Source: an uncultured Gammaproteobacteria bacterium
GTDB taxonomy: Bacteria > Patescibacteriota > Patescibacteriia > UBA11705 > JABHMO01
DNA length: 64,000 nt
Reading direction: 5' to 3'
Assembly: GCA_964434235.1 (NCBI GenBank)
Contig: CAYSUN010000001.1
Location: 18,574 to 82,573, forward strand
Positions within the stretch are counted from its first letter, which is position 1. Each line of letters starts with the position of its first letter. Below are positions 30,004-40,643 of this stretch, piece after piece. The translations under genes were made by a program, and so were the position numbers. Below the pieces are notes generated by a model. It was not told where the DNA came from. It did not search any database and saw only the letters and a list, made by a program, of their open reading frames with translations.

Positions 30004-31377
30004 TTATTTAATGGTAATTGGACAAGTCCCTGCACCAGGCACAGCTTGAAATAATTTCTCAGCATGGTATTTGTCAATTATTCTTTGTTTTCCAGCTTTT
30101 CGAACTGAAACAGCTTTACCAGCCCCAAACATTTCACCACCAATCGCAGCTTCTTCTAGATTTTTATAATTACCACCAGTCCATTTGCTATTTTGATAAC
30201 CGCCATCACCAGCAGTACATTCTGACTTACCTTTATCAAAAGCATTTTCTTTGCAACGTTTGACAATTAATTGTTTCCAAGATTCAGTTAGTCCTTTTTC
30301 AATATTTGTACCACCATTACAACCTCCAAGTTTAAGTGTGTTACCAAGACTGGCCGTTCCACTGTTGTGATAAAGATAAAGTAAAGTGGCAATATCAGAA
30401 TCACTTAATTTACTAAGATCGCCTTTACAAATAGTATTAATCTTTTTTATGGCGAGCATAGTCATGCCAGTTACACCCATTACCTGAACTTTATCTAAAA
30501 TAAGGCGTGAATCATTTTTTAGTATAGGACTAGTTGATACCCCGATTTGGTTTAAGTAATAGGCAGTATCTGCCCCGCCTGTCCAGCCTTTCATTGACGC
30601 TGTCCAAGTGTCATATTTGAATTGGTACAAACCTTTGAAACAAGCACAATTTACTAATCCAGGTCTAAAGCCAGATTCATGTTCACACATTCCCACTAGA
30701 ATATTATAATTGAAGTTACCGCAAGCAGCAAAGTCTTTCATGAGTTGAACTAGTGAGTTTTTGTCTGGATGAGGATCACTATTTGTTGGCACACCGCAGT
30801 ATTCAAGAACTGAGTTTTTAGGGGCAGGACATTTACCACCTGATCCACCACTTATCCAGCCTTCTCCATCTGCTTTTTCCGCATAAACTGGATCTATGTT
30901 AAAATCCAGTGGAATGTTTTCAATTAAAGTGGTTTTTAGATTGGTTAAATTTGGATTAATTGTGTTCAAAATAATGTTTGTAATTAATAAAATTACTAAA
31001 CCTAATAAAGCGCTGGTCATCATTGATTTTGATTTTTGTATACCTGCTGGATAAGCACCAGCTAAAACATAAAAAAGTCCACCAATCATAAAGACAAGAG
31101 TCGCCACAATAGAGCCCAAAATTATACCATAATTGTAAATACCAACTAGATATTCAACAATCCAAGGTGATGAAGAAAATTTTCCTCCTTCAACCATAAC
31201 TTTTGATAAAGATGGCATGTTGGGAATTGGAATGCTGATTTTAGGTTGAATGGCTTCTTTTGCTTTACTTTCTGATGTGGTTGTTGCGCTTTGTGCAGAA
31301 ACAGAAGGAACCAAACAAATGCTAACGAGAAGACAGGTTAGGCTAAATAAGAATAAAATTTTAGTTTTATTTCTCAT
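30004..31377 (-). CDS. VirB2/T4SS-pilin domain fused to lysozyme/lytic transglycosylase-like domain
   Basis: IYNYGIILGSIVATLVFMIGG..AG..IQKSK..ILNTINP pilin motif; HESG..GLYQF..LYHNSG SLT-like motifs. Confidence 0.7.
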   Translation of the reverse strand: MRNKTKILFLFSLTCLLVSICLVPSVSAQSATTTSESKAKEAIQPKISIPIPNMPSLSKVMVEGGKFSSSPWIVEYLVGIYNYGIILGSIVATLVFMIGGLFYVLAGAYPAGIQKSKSMMTSALLGLVILLITNIILNTINPNLTNLKTTLIENIPLDFNIDPVYAEKADGEGWISGGSGGKCPAPKNSVLEYCGVPTNSDPHPDKNSLVQLMKDFAACGNFNYNILVGMCEHESGFRPGLVNCACFKGLYQFKYDTWTASMKGWTGGADTAYYLNQIGVSTSPILKNDSRLILDKVQVMGVTGMTMLAIKKINTICKGDLSKLSDSDIATLLYLYHNSGTASLGNTLKLGGCNGGTNIEKGLTESWKQLIVKRCKENAFDKGKSECTAGDGGYQNSKWTGGNYKNLEEAAIGGEMFGAGKAVSVRKAGKQRIIDKYHAEKLFQAVPGAGTCPITIK

Positions 31378-31418
31378 GTGTTCTGATAATAATAAAATTT
31401 ATAAACTTTGTTTTTGAA

Positions 31419-33770
31419 CTATTTTGCAATATAACCTTTGTTGGTTTTGTACCAGTTAGATGTTCCAGCTCCACACTGTTTTAAATCTACAACGCCAGTA
31501 ATTGCTTCAGATGGGGTAAGTGCTTTTTCACACGTTCCACCAGGTGTGAATGTTCCCTTCAGATTTACGCAGGTTTCAGGACTTGTTTTTATGCCGTTTT
31601 CGGGATTTGTCAATCCTAGGGAATAAGCAATTAAATCGCTTTTGCAACAACCAGATTCGCCTGCATCTAAATTATCTTCGGGGAAAAACACAATGTTTGC
31701 AACTGTTCCTGATCCTCCGCCATGGACACATTGATTTGTTGATCCTGCATTTGATGAAATTGGATTTAAGTTTTCGATGGTGCCATTTCCATTACTAACA
31801 CATTTACTCATTAAATCATTTTGCTTATATGTGTCTTTGTTGGCTTTAGGACAACCTGTTGCAGCACATTCTGATGACCAGCCTGTGTTTGATTCAACTA
31901 TTTTTCCTTCGCCTAGTGAAATAAATACATGTTGAAGTGTGCCACCGTTACATCGGAACATTGCTCCGGCCGGAAGTAGACTTGGATATTTTGATGCAGC
32001 CCCACCACCAACAATAAGAGCTTTCCATCTTAAGTCAGTTAGTTGAGGTCCTAAGGCTCCAATACAAGTAGCGCCTGGTAGTTTGCAACCAGAGTTTTTT
32101 AAAATTCTTGAAGATATTTTAGCACAACTATTTGGCGCTGTGAGGAAGTCTTTTGCATTAGCCCAAGCAGTACCAACATTTTTTATGTCAGTTGAAGTGC
32201 ATTTCAAAAGTGAATTGTAGCAACCTGTACCACTATTGAATTTAGAGTAATCTGGAAATTTGGATGCATCCGCTTCTGGACATTCCCCAGTTGAAGGATC
32301 AAAGTTGGGTGGGTTGTAAGCGCTATCATCTGCCGTTGTTAAATTAGCTGCTATTCCATATTCACCTGGTTTATAAAAATAGGTAGAATCTGCTATTCCG
32401 CAATCATCCCAGATGTCTTGAGCAGAGGCTGTTTTTAGACCTCGGTGAACTGGATCATTTATACCATATACTCCTCCAGAATAACTGGTTAAAACTATGT
32501 AATGACCATTTTTAGTGAATTTGCACTTTGGATGATCTCTTCCAATTGACCTAATTATAACTGGAATTCCTTTTGAAAGTAATTCAATAAGTTTTGGGTC
32601 ATCTTTTGGTCTGTTCCAAACAGATTCTGATTTTAGTCCGTTTGCAGTAGCCAATTCTGCCATCCCTTTGTCATCAAAACCACAACAAGTCTGAGCTTTG
32701 CTTCCAGAAACAGAGCCAGCTGGTGCGCGGATGCCATTTAGCTGTATCCATTTAGCAACGTCAGGTGGAGTAACACTAATTCCATAATAGTTCAAAACCA
32801 TTGCAGATGAAGTTAGTCCACAGCCAGAAGATTGAATCACGTTAGTGTTGGGAGTGCCACCAGTGCTATTTGTCATTTTTGAATTTTTACAAAATTCTAC
32901 AAAATTATTTGCGCCCCATGGGTTTTTACTACACCACGCTGAATCTTTGACATTTGGATTGTTACAAAGTTCAGAAACTTTGTAAGTCTTTTCTAGCCAT
33001 TCACAGTAATTTACATCAGTTTTAGGATATTTGTCATTTTTAAATTTACAAGAAAAAATACCAAATTGAGGTGGGTTAGAAATGCCTGGCATTTCCATTT
33101 TGTAACCCGCAGTACCACAGGCGACCGCATATTTACCTAGGCCAGGAACTTCAACCTTACCATTTTGATAACTGCAATTATTGCCAGTTAGAGGATAACA
33201 TGCCCATTGTATGTCAGTCTGAGCATAGTAAACAACTTTTCCTGTGCCAGTTGGGGTGTTTGTTACTGGAGTATTTGCAAATTCACTTTCATTGATTACT
33301 CCATCTGAGACAGATTCAATTAGCGTTGTTTTTAGATTTACTAGATTGGGGTTTATTGTATTCAAAATAATGTTTGTGCACATGAGAATAACCAGACCGA
33401 TTAAAGCACCAGATATCATTGATTTAGCTTTTTGTATTCCTGATGGATTTGCGCCTGCCAGAACATATAATAATCCACCAATCATCAAAATCAGTGTAGC
33501 CACGATTCCTCCAAAAATTATTCCATAGTTATAAATTGCAACTAAATAATCAACGATCCAATTGGTTACATATGTTTGACCAGGAGTGAATTTAATGCTA
33601 TCCCAGGCATCTAGACCAGGAATTTCTACACGAACTTTCGGAGCTGGTAGTTCAACTTCTTCCTGCACTTTTTGACTGTATGTGAGATGAAGAGGTATTA
33701 AAATGAAAACAAAAATAATAATTGTTGAAAGAATGATTTTTTTATAATATTTTTTTTTTGTTTTTGTCAT
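31419..33770 (-). CDS. VirB2/T4SS-pilin domain fused to C39-like peptidase and second papain/NlpC-like domain
   Basis: Same pilin motif; YYAQTD, GCGLTSSAMVL, GHYIVL, INDP; then SCAKISS...QHVFISLGEGKIVES. Confidence 0.7.
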   Translation of the reverse strand: MTKTKKKYYKKIILSTIIIFVFILIPLHLTYSQKVQEEVELPAPKVRVEIPGLDAWDSIKFTPGQTYVTNWIVDYLVAIYNYGIIFGGIVATLILMIGGLLYVLAGANPSGIQKAKSMISGALIGLVILMCTNIILNTINPNLVNLKTTLIESVSDGVINESEFANTPVTNTPTGTGKVVYYAQTDIQWACYPLTGNNCSYQNGKVEVPGLGKYAVACGTAGYKMEMPGISNPPQFGIFSCKFKNDKYPKTDVNYCEWLEKTYKVSELCNNPNVKDSAWCSKNPWGANNFVEFCKNSKMTNSTGGTPNTNVIQSSGCGLTSSAMVLNYYGISVTPPDVAKWIQLNGIRAPAGSVSGSKAQTCCGFDDKGMAELATANGLKSESVWNRPKDDPKLIELLSKGIPVIIRSIGRDHPKCKFTKNGHYIVLTSYSGGVYGINDPVHRGLKTASAQDIWDDCGIADSTYFYKPGEYGIAANLTTADDSAYNPPNFDPSTGECPEADASKFPDYSKFNSGTGCYNSLLKCTSTDIKNVGTAWANAKDFLTAPNSCAKISSRILKNSGCKLPGATCIGALGPQLTDLRWKALIVGGGAASKYPSLLPAGAMFRCNGGTLQHVFISLGEGKIVESNTGWSSECAATGCPKANKDTYKQNDLMSKCVSNGNGTIENLNPISSNAGSTNQCVHGGGSGTVANIVFFPEDNLDAGESGCCKSDLIAYSLGLTNPENGIKTSPETCVNLKGTFTPGGTCEKALTPSEAITGVVDLKQCGAGTSNWYKTNKGYIAK

Positions 33771-33782
33771 TTTTGTTTTAAA

Positions 33783-35072
33783 TTATTTTAGGTTTATCAA
33801 ATGTAACCCTTGTGTTGTTTTGTCAGTGTAATACAATTTTGAACCATCTTTTGAAACTTGCATTTGTTCAATTGAATATCCAACCTCTGGTTCAGCAACA
33901 AAACTTTTAACACCTGTTTGTAAATTTATTTTGTATATATAATCAGGAATGTCATCAGCTAAAGCAGGAACTAACCCAGCGCCATAAGGTAGTTCTTTTG
34001 GTACTGCACAGTACATTTCAGTGTTTGAAGAAAAAGTACATTTGTCAGCCCAAGTGTTCAGTTTTAGACTGTAATTGTTTTGACCAATATTATTTCCTGA
34101 AGCATCCACTACATATAAAAGTGGCTTGTGATCAGAAAATTGATTTTGAACACTATAAACTAATTTGTTTCCATCTGGAGACCATTCTATTTGTGGGTCA
34201 TAACCATTAAGGTTTATTGATTTGAAATTTTCTTCATATTGACCCAAGAAAAATAGTTCACTTGTCGAAGCAGATTTGGCAGTTTTGTAACTAGCAATTA
34301 TTTTGTTATTTGGTGACCATTCAGTAATAAAATTATTTGCTTCATCACCCATGTATTCAATGTATTTTTGATTTGAACCATCAGCATTAGCCGTTCCTAA
34401 GAATTTATATTCTGGATTTGGGTTATCATCTTTAAAAACAATTTGACTGCCAGTATTATTAAAACCAAAGTCAGTCCAATCTTTTGGTAAACTTATTTGT
34501 TTGTCGTTTTCAAAGTTGTACAGAATATTTGAGCCATCGGGAAATTCCAAAATTGCTTTTTCTGAGTTTGGTGCCCATGTTATATTCTCAACATTTTTAT
34601 AAGTTCTATTTGAGTATAATTCATGATCTCCATAAAATGTTATTTTTTGAAAAAGTCCAGTGTTCTTATTGTAAACTATAGTGTCATTTCCATCAGGAGT
34701 TAATGCTAGACTATCAACAGTTTGAAGACTTAAATTTGTTATGGCAGTAATACCCCCTTTCGCATATGAGTCAGCAGTTGTTTCGTAATCAATTTCTGGA
34801 GTTATTTTAATAACAGCGTTAAAATCACTTTCCTCCGCGACTTCAGCTTGTGGAACTTCAGATTCTCCTGGAGTGAAAATTCCAGGTTGCTCACCTTGAT
34901 TAGCTCCTTCTAATTGTTTGATATCAATCTCTGTTTTTTCACCAACTTCTTCATCAATGACGATTGATTTGAAAAATAATTGGTAAATACCTAGTCCAAT
35001 TAAAATACACAAAAGAATAAACGCAAATATTAAAGCAATCTTTTTCCAGTCAAAGTTTTGTAAATTGAACAT
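33783..35072 (-). CDS. membrane-anchored TolB/WD40-like beta-propeller protein
   Basis: N-terminal TM; WAPNS, WSPNN and WSPDG repeats. Confidence 0.75.
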   Translation of the reverse strand: MFNLQNFDWKKIALIFAFILLCILIGLGIYQLFFKSIVIDEEVGEKTEIDIKQLEGANQGEQPGIFTPGESEVPQAEVAEESDFNAVIKITPEIDYETTADSYAKGGITAITNLSLQTVDSLALTPDGNDTIVYNKNTGLFQKITFYGDHELYSNRTYKNVENITWAPNSEKAILEFPDGSNILYNFENDKQISLPKDWTDFGFNNTGSQIVFKDDNPNPEYKFLGTANADGSNQKYIEYMGDEANNFITEWSPNNKIIASYKTAKSASTSELFFLGQYEENFKSINLNGYDPQIEWSPDGNKLVYSVQNQFSDHKPLLYVVDASGNNIGQNNYSLKLNTWADKCTFSSNTEMYCAVPKELPYGAGLVPALADDIPDYIYKINLQTGVKSFVAEPEVGYSIEQMQVSKDGSKLYYTDKTTQGLHLINLK

Positions 35073-35096
35073 AATTTTATCTTTATTTTATGAATT

Positions 35097-36680
35097 TTAG
35101 AATAAACCTGAAATGTCGCCACTTAAAGCTTCTGCTAAAACTACTCCAGCTAAAACTGCAGCCACAATAATAATTATTACAGGTAGAATTGGACCGACAC
35201 AAAATGCACAAGTAGAGCAACACATTCGGCAACCTTTGATTATTTTTATAATAACTTTAAATACTTTTCCTATTTTGCCACCAAATTTAGTAAACCACTG
35301 GGCAATACTACAACTAAATTTAAATTGTTTAGTTGGTAAACAACTGTTGAATTTTTTCATTGGATTCATTCTATCTATACAATCAGTAGCGTTTTTTCTG
35401 GCCATTGCTTTCATTTTATTGGCTTTTTGATTTGCCATTTCTTTGGCTTTTTGTTTAACGAGGTCAGCATTTTCCTTCATTGATCTTTGTCTTATGGCGT
35501 TTAACTGTAGTTGCATCTGTTTTGCCTTTTGTTGCATGGCTTTGGCTTGGGCAATCGGGGATTGTCTTTGGTTTGACTCGTTTTTGTTTTCTGATCCGCT
35601 TGGTTTGTCTTCTGGGGAAGGTGGTTCATCTTGATTTTCGCTGTAGGGCGTAGTGCCCTCTTTTTCGGATTGTTTTTGTTTGCGAAAATCTTGTAAACTT
35701 TGATTTTGATCTTGTTGTCTTTTCTGATCAATGGCCCGTTGTCTATCAAGTTGTCTTTTTATAGATCTTTCATGATCAGCATCACCAGTTGTTCTACCGC
35801 CAAGTGGTTCAGCATACCTAGGTTTTGCTGGTGGAGTAGGTTGTTGTTGCTGTTGTTGTTCAGAAGCTCTTTGCTGATTTACCGGGGGTGCAGAAAGATC
35901 TGGGATGTTGCCGTCAGCCATTTGAGTGGCAGCTTGATTTTGTTTGTTTTTTTCTTGATCTGAAAATTCGCCTTCAGGATTTGTTGAGGTGGATTCTGGT
36001 TCTGTTGGGTTATTGGTTTCCTGTTTTTTTGCTTCTTCATCCCCATTCTTTCCATCTTCAGATTTTAAATTGTCAGATTCTGGGTTGTCATTTTTTGGTT
36101 CTTCTGTTTGATTGTTGTTGTCAGGTTTTCTATTGTCAACAAAAGCTGGACTTGGATTACTGGCGTCGTTGTTATTATTCTTGCTATCGTCGCCGTTACC
36201 TTCTTCATCTTCTTTACTGTCGTCGTCATCATTCTGATTTTTTGAAGTTTTTTTCTTGGCTTCGGCAAGCGCTTGGCCATCAGCTGTTTTTTTGCCTCCA
36301 GCGGTTGGCTTACCAGATTCTTGTCCTGGTATTTCGGGTTTCTTTTTTTTGGTTTTTTTCTTTTTCCTAGTATTTTCGTTACTGCTTGTAGTAGTTCGAT
36401 TGTCTTGGTTCATTAAACCATTTTCAGCAGGATCTTTAGTCTCAATTTTTTGCCTTGATGATTGGGTTTGTGGAGTTAGATTTATTTCGATCTCTTTTTC
36501 TTCAGGTTCAATTTTACTGGTTATTGAGATTTCTTCTTGTTCTTCAGTTGGCGGGTTAGATTGATTATTTGATTTATTCGGAGTAATTGTTTGATTATCT
36601 AAAACAATATTAGCATTACTCGGTAATGATTTTAGCTCTATACTTTCATTTTTATCCTTTGTTTTATTATCGTCTGCCAT
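35097..36680 (-). CDS. low-complexity disordered protein with Cys-rich C-terminal membrane anchor
   Basis: N/D/E/Q/K-rich body, coiled coil, KGCRMCCSTCAFC followed by a TM. Confidence 0.7.
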   Translation of the reverse strand: MADDNKTKDKNESIELKSLPSNANIVLDNQTITPNKSNNQSNPPTEEQEEISITSKIEPEEKEIEINLTPQTQSSRQKIETKDPAENGLMNQDNRTTTSSNENTRKKKKTKKKKPEIPGQESGKPTAGGKKTADGQALAEAKKKTSKNQNDDDDSKEDEEGNGDDSKNNNNDASNPSPAFVDNRKPDNNNQTEEPKNDNPESDNLKSEDGKNGDEEAKKQETNNPTEPESTSTNPEGEFSDQEKNKQNQAATQMADGNIPDLSAPPVNQQRASEQQQQQQPTPPAKPRYAEPLGGRTTGDADHERSIKRQLDRQRAIDQKRQQDQNQSLQDFRKQKQSEKEGTTPYSENQDEPPSPEDKPSGSENKNESNQRQSPIAQAKAMQQKAKQMQLQLNAIRQRSMKENADLVKQKAKEMANQKANKMKAMARKNATDCIDRMNPMKKFNSCLPTKQFKFSCSIAQWFTKFGGKIGKVFKVIIKIIKGCRMCCSTCAFCVGPILPVIIIIVAAVLAGVVLAEALSGDISGLF

Positions 36681-36835
36681 TTGAGAAATTTTGATAGATT
36701 AGATCGAAATTACATGAAAAATATTAATATCTAAAATTAACAGATATTATTTTGAAATACGGTCTTTGTTTTTGTATTTTCTGTTAATATTGTATAATAA
36801 TTATACTTTAGCGTCAAAAGCAAAAGTGGGTAAAT

Positions 36836-37010
36836 ACACAAGAAATCAAAAAACCAAGAAAACAAGAAAGCAAGAAAGTATGAAAGCAAATACTTAGCCT
36901 TTGTAAAGTATCTTAAGCTACCCTTTGTTTCTTAGTTTCTTATTTCTTTATTTCTTTATTTCTTTTTAACTCACTATTCATTACTTATTTACTTAACACT
37001 TAACTTAACT
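36836..37010. repeat. converging octamer/heptamer repeat tracts
   Basis: caagaaa(a/g)-type repeats, then the inverse tttcttta repeats, then cttaaca. Confidence 0.7.
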
Positions 37011-37012
37011 CT

Positions 37013-38125
37013 ATGAAAAAATTTATTTTGGTTTTGATTTTATGTTTGTTGGCTATTCCAGCTGTTACTTTAGCGGGTGGATCTTCAGATGAAAATGTTT
37101 TTATTCCAAAAGAACAAGTAATTTCTGATAATTATTTTGTTATTGGTAATACAGTTGATATTTCAGGTACATTAGAAAAAGATGCTTACATTATCGGACA
37201 AAATGTCGTAATTAGTGGAACTATTAAAGGTGATTTGATTGGCGTTGCTAACAGTTTAAGAATTGACGGAGTAGTTGAGGGTAATGTTCGATTTTTAGCT
37301 TCTGAAATGGATATCAAGGGTGAAGTTTATAAAAATATTACAGTTGCTTCTGGTAATTTAGTTGTTTTAGGCAAATTAAATCAAGATTTAATTGGAGCAG
37401 TTGGTTCTGCTGATTTACAAGGCGAAATGTTGGGGAATGTAAATCTTGTGGCTAGCAAAGTAAATGTGGATAAAAATATTGCTGGTAATTTATCATTACG
37501 TTTAGATGAAAATGGGACAATGTCTTTTGCTGAAGAAGTGGAAATTGGAGGAAATTTAGCTTATTCTCCAATTAAAAAGGAAGTTGAGGGTTTATCTGGA
37601 GTAACGGTTGTAGGAGAAACGAAGTTATTGAAAATAAATAAAAGTCTTAATATTAACAAAGCGTATAATTATATTTATTTATATAGTCGAATTGCTTATT
37701 TTTTATCTTTGTTGATGATAGTTTTAGTAATGTTAAGTTTCATGAAAAAATTTACTGTTCAGTTATCTTCACTTTTAGCCAAAGAACCACTTAGATGTTT
37801 TAATAAAGGTTTTTGGTTTGTAATTTTAGTTCCGCTTGTTTGTTTGCTCTTGTTGTTCACTTTGGTTGGTTTGCCATTGGCCGGGATACTTATGGCTTTG
37901 TATATTATAGTTTTTTATATTAGTAAAATTTTTGTTGGGTTAGCAGTTGGTATGGTTGTCTTGAAACAAGATTTTACAAAAGCAAAGTTAATTTGGCCAG
38001 CAGTGTTAGGTGTATTTTTAGTTGTAATTGGAGTTTCAATACCATTTATTGGTTTTCTGGTTAACTTATTGCTAACTTCCGCTGGGTTTGGAGCGCTTTA
38101 TATAATTTTGAAAAGGGAAAAGTAA
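37013..38125 (+). CDS. bactofilin-like beta-helix plus multi-TM protein
   Basis: Repeating V.I.G.V.GD pattern; C-terminal TMs with SIPFIG. Confidence 0.75.
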   Translation: MKKFILVLILCLLAIPAVTLAGGSSDENVFIPKEQVISDNYFVIGNTVDISGTLEKDAYIIGQNVVISGTIKGDLIGVANSLRIDGVVEGNVRFLASEMDIKGEVYKNITVASGNLVVLGKLNQDLIGAVGSADLQGEMLGNVNLVASKVNVDKNIAGNLSLRLDENGTMSFAEEVEIGGNLAYSPIKKEVEGLSGVTVVGETKLLKINKSLNINKAYNYIYLYSRIAYFLSLLMIVLVMLSFMKKFTVQLSSLLAKEPLRCFNKGFWFVILVPLVCLLLLFTLVGLPLAGILMALYIIVFYISKIFVGLAVGMVVLKQDFTKAKLIWPAVLGVFLVVIGVSIPFIGFLVNLLLTSAGFGALYIILKREK

Positions 38126-38142
38126 AAAGTAAAGAAACAAAC

Positions 38143-38225
38143 AGTGTTAAGTATTAAGTGTTAAGTATTAAGTATTAAGTAAATTTGTAATATTCGTAGA
38201 TTCGTAGCTAATTCGTAATTTGTAA
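38143..38225. repeat. heptamer tract (gt[g/a]ttaa)x5 plus attcgtag element
   Basis: Directly visible in the sequence. Confidence 0.8.
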
Positions 38226-38228
38226 ACT

Positions 38229-39596
38229 ATGAACATAGATAAATCAATTTTCAAAGCTTATGACATTCGCGGAGTTTATCCTTCGCAAGTTAATAAGGAA
38301 ATGGCTTATAAATTAGGCCAATCTTTTGCTGAATTTATGAAAGTAGAGCTTCAAAAAGATAATTTGAAATTAGTTGTTGGGCAAGACATGAGATTGTCGT
38401 CTTCAGAATTATTTGAAGCTTTAACTGCTGGAATAACTGATCAAGGTGTTGATGTTGTCGATATTGGTTTAGTTTCAACTCCAACCTTTTATTTCGCAGT
38501 AGCTAAATTTGGTTATGATGGTGGAATTCAAGTTTCAGCTTCGCATAATCCTTCAGAATATAATGGATTTAAAATGGTTAGAGGCGGGGCAGTGCCGATT
38601 AGTGGAGATACTGGAATTTTGGAATTAGCCGTGTTGATGGCTGAGCAAGAGTTTGTGCCAACGGAAAATAAAGGCGTGATTGAAAAGCATGAAAATATTC
38701 TTGATGAGCATTTAGCTTATGCTTTGACTTGGGCTGATTTGTCAAAAATTAAACCACTGAAAATTGTAATTGATTCAGCTAATGCGATGGGCGGACCATT
38801 GTTTGAAAAACTTTTTGAAAAATTGCCTTGCGAAATTATAAAATTAAATTTTGATTTAGATGGAACTTTCCCAGCTCATGAAGCAGATCCACTAAAAGAT
38901 GAAAATAACAAACAATTACAAGACAAAGTTTTGGAAACCAAAGCTGATCTTGGAATTGCACTTGATGGTGATGGGGATAGAATATTTTTTATTGATAATA
39001 CAGGCAAAACGATTGAGCCAGCAATTATTAGGGGAATACTGTCACAAATATTTCTGGCCGATAACCCTGGAGCTACTATTTGCTATGATATACGGCCAGG
39101 CAAAATTACCATTGATATGATCGAAGAAGCTGGAGGTGTGCCAGTTGTCACAAGAGTTGGACATTCTTTGATAAAAGAAAAAGCTCGAGAAGTTGGAGCA
39201 GTTTTTGCCGGTGAATCAAGTGGACATTTTTTTGTAAAAATGCCTTTTGGTATTTTTGAAATGCCAATGATTGTAACTTTAAAATTGTTAGAAAAATTTT
39301 CTCAGTCAAATAAAACAGTGGCTGAGCAAGTCGCGCCACTGTATAAATATGCTCATTCAGGTGAAATAAATTTTTCTGTTGAAGACAAAGCAGAAGTATT
39401 TAATCTTTTGGAAGAAAGATATGGAGCTAATCTGATTTATGATTTTGATGGTTTAAGTTTTGAGTGGTCTGATTGGTGGTTTAATGTTCGACCATCAAAT
39501 ACAGAAAATAAAGTTCGCTTGAACTTGGAAGCAATATCAGAAGATATAATGAAAGAAAAGCGTGATGAGGTCTCGGACTTTATAAAATCAGCTTAA
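38229..39596 (+). CDS. phosphomannomutase/phosphoglucomutase
   Basis: FKAYDIRG, SASHNP, DGDGDR, GESSGH, RPSNTE. Confidence 0.95.
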   Translation: MNIDKSIFKAYDIRGVYPSQVNKEMAYKLGQSFAEFMKVELQKDNLKLVVGQDMRLSSSELFEALTAGITDQGVDVVDIGLVSTPTFYFAVAKFGYDGGIQVSASHNPSEYNGFKMVRGGAVPISGDTGILELAVLMAEQEFVPTENKGVIEKHENILDEHLAYALTWADLSKIKPLKIVIDSANAMGGPLFEKLFEKLPCEIIKLNFDLDGTFPAHEADPLKDENNKQLQDKVLETKADLGIALDGDGDRIFFIDNTGKTIEPAIIRGILSQIFLADNPGATICYDIRPGKITIDMIEEAGGVPVVTRVGHSLIKEKAREVGAVFAGESSGHFFVKMPFGIFEMPMIVTLKLLEKFSQSNKTVAEQVAPLYKYAHSGEINFSVEDKAEVFNLLEERYGANLIYDFDGLSFEWSDWWFNVRPSNTENKVRLNLEAISEDIMKEKRDEVSDFIKSA

Positions 39597-39614
39597 GATA
39601 TTTTTAAACGTGAA

Positions 39615-39642
39615 AAGAGGCATCCTAGTGGGGATGCCTCTT
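39615..39642. terminator. hairpin between convergent genes
   Basis: aagaggcatcc-tagtgg-ggatgcctctt. Confidence 0.75.
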
Positions 39643-39661
39643 GCTGTTGAAGGGGGAAAAC

Positions 39662-40447
39662 CTAGCGCTTTGCCGTTTTCTTTGATTCATAGGAAAGCCT
39701 TGAACTGAGCTTTCCCCTTGTTGCCATGGGAACAATTGCCAGAATCTTTTCCAACCGCGGATCCTCAATCGAGAAAATGTGCATTTCCTGATAAAGTGTT
39801 TCGGCGGCCGTGTCGATTCGATTGTTTTGAATCATGGCAAAAACCAATTCGTACATCCATGGGTCAGTGGAAGGGTTCCACTGTTCCAGGTCAAACAGCT
39901 CTCGCAGGTTGGAATATTCACCCTTTACGTCGAGGAGTTTTATTCCCCTCATCGCCTTGATTTGTTCGATTCTTTTCTTGGCATACCGCATTTCCATATT
40001 CAGGGGAATCCAGCCTTGTCCAATGTAGTCAGAAATGGTCCAGAGTTGTTCTTTCTTCATCGCGTAATCGTAGAATTCCATGATGAGCTGTTGCTTCTCT
40101 TTCTTTTCAGAACTTGAAAATCCAAAGCTCAAAAACGTATGAGCCTTGGTTGGTTGACCTTCCGCCAAAAAGTTTCTGAACGTCTGCATCTTAACATTTG
40201 AAAGTAAACTGAACTTCTCATTTCTGAAGTACGTACGCAGAGTTGCGGCATGCTCAAGAATGTAGTCATTCAATTCGAAGAATGCGTCCTTCGTTCTTTC
40301 TCCTTCAATTCCGTTAATTTTCAAAGTTGCGTATTCCAATGCAAGTTCACTGCATTCTTCAAAAACTTCTTCTTGCGTTTTGAAGCAACCGGAAAAGGTT
40401 GAAATCGACACTATCGCTACAATTACCAGAACCAATGCGTTCTTCAT
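39662..40447 (-). CDS. putative lipoprotein, hypothetical
   Basis: Signal peptide with FSGC lipobox; SD aggag; higher GC by eye. Confidence 0.7.
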   Translation of the reverse strand: MKNALVLVIVAIVSISTFSGCFKTQEEVFEECSELALEYATLKINGIEGERTKDAFFELNDYILEHAATLRTYFRNEKFSLLSNVKMQTFRNFLAEGQPTKAHTFLSFGFSSSEKKEKQQLIMEFYDYAMKKEQLWTISDYIGQGWIPLNMEMRYAKKRIEQIKAMRGIKLLDVKGEYSNLRELFDLEQWNPSTDPWMYELVFAMIQNNRIDTAAETLYQEMHIFSIEDPRLEKILAIVPMATRGKLSSRLSYESKKTAKR

Positions 40448-40502
40448 GTGGGATCTCCTGTGAAAGGTTGAAAAATTATAAAATGAACTTCAAACTAATA
40501 GC

Positions 40503-40531
40503 AGTATAGCACATATTTATATTTTTGTCAA
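40503..40531 (-). promoter_or_regulatory. consensus sigma70 promoter
   Basis: Minus strand TTGACA-17-TATACT with extended TG. Confidence 0.7.
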
Positions 40532-40643
40532 CAGTAGCTTGTTTTGATTATGATTGGTCTTATATAAGTAAATAAAGATAGTTGTTTATTTTATGATTAT
40601 TTATGTGTAATTTTAGATTAATTTTTTGTTTATCTTATCGATA

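Noticed and set aside
35113-36564. Several overlapping short ORFs
   Set aside because: Shadows of the low-complexity 527-aa gene
39585-39596. pgm also ends in KSA*
   Set aside because: Its DNA (aaatcagcttaa) lacks the palindrome and SD of the 41121/41562 junction; probably coincidence
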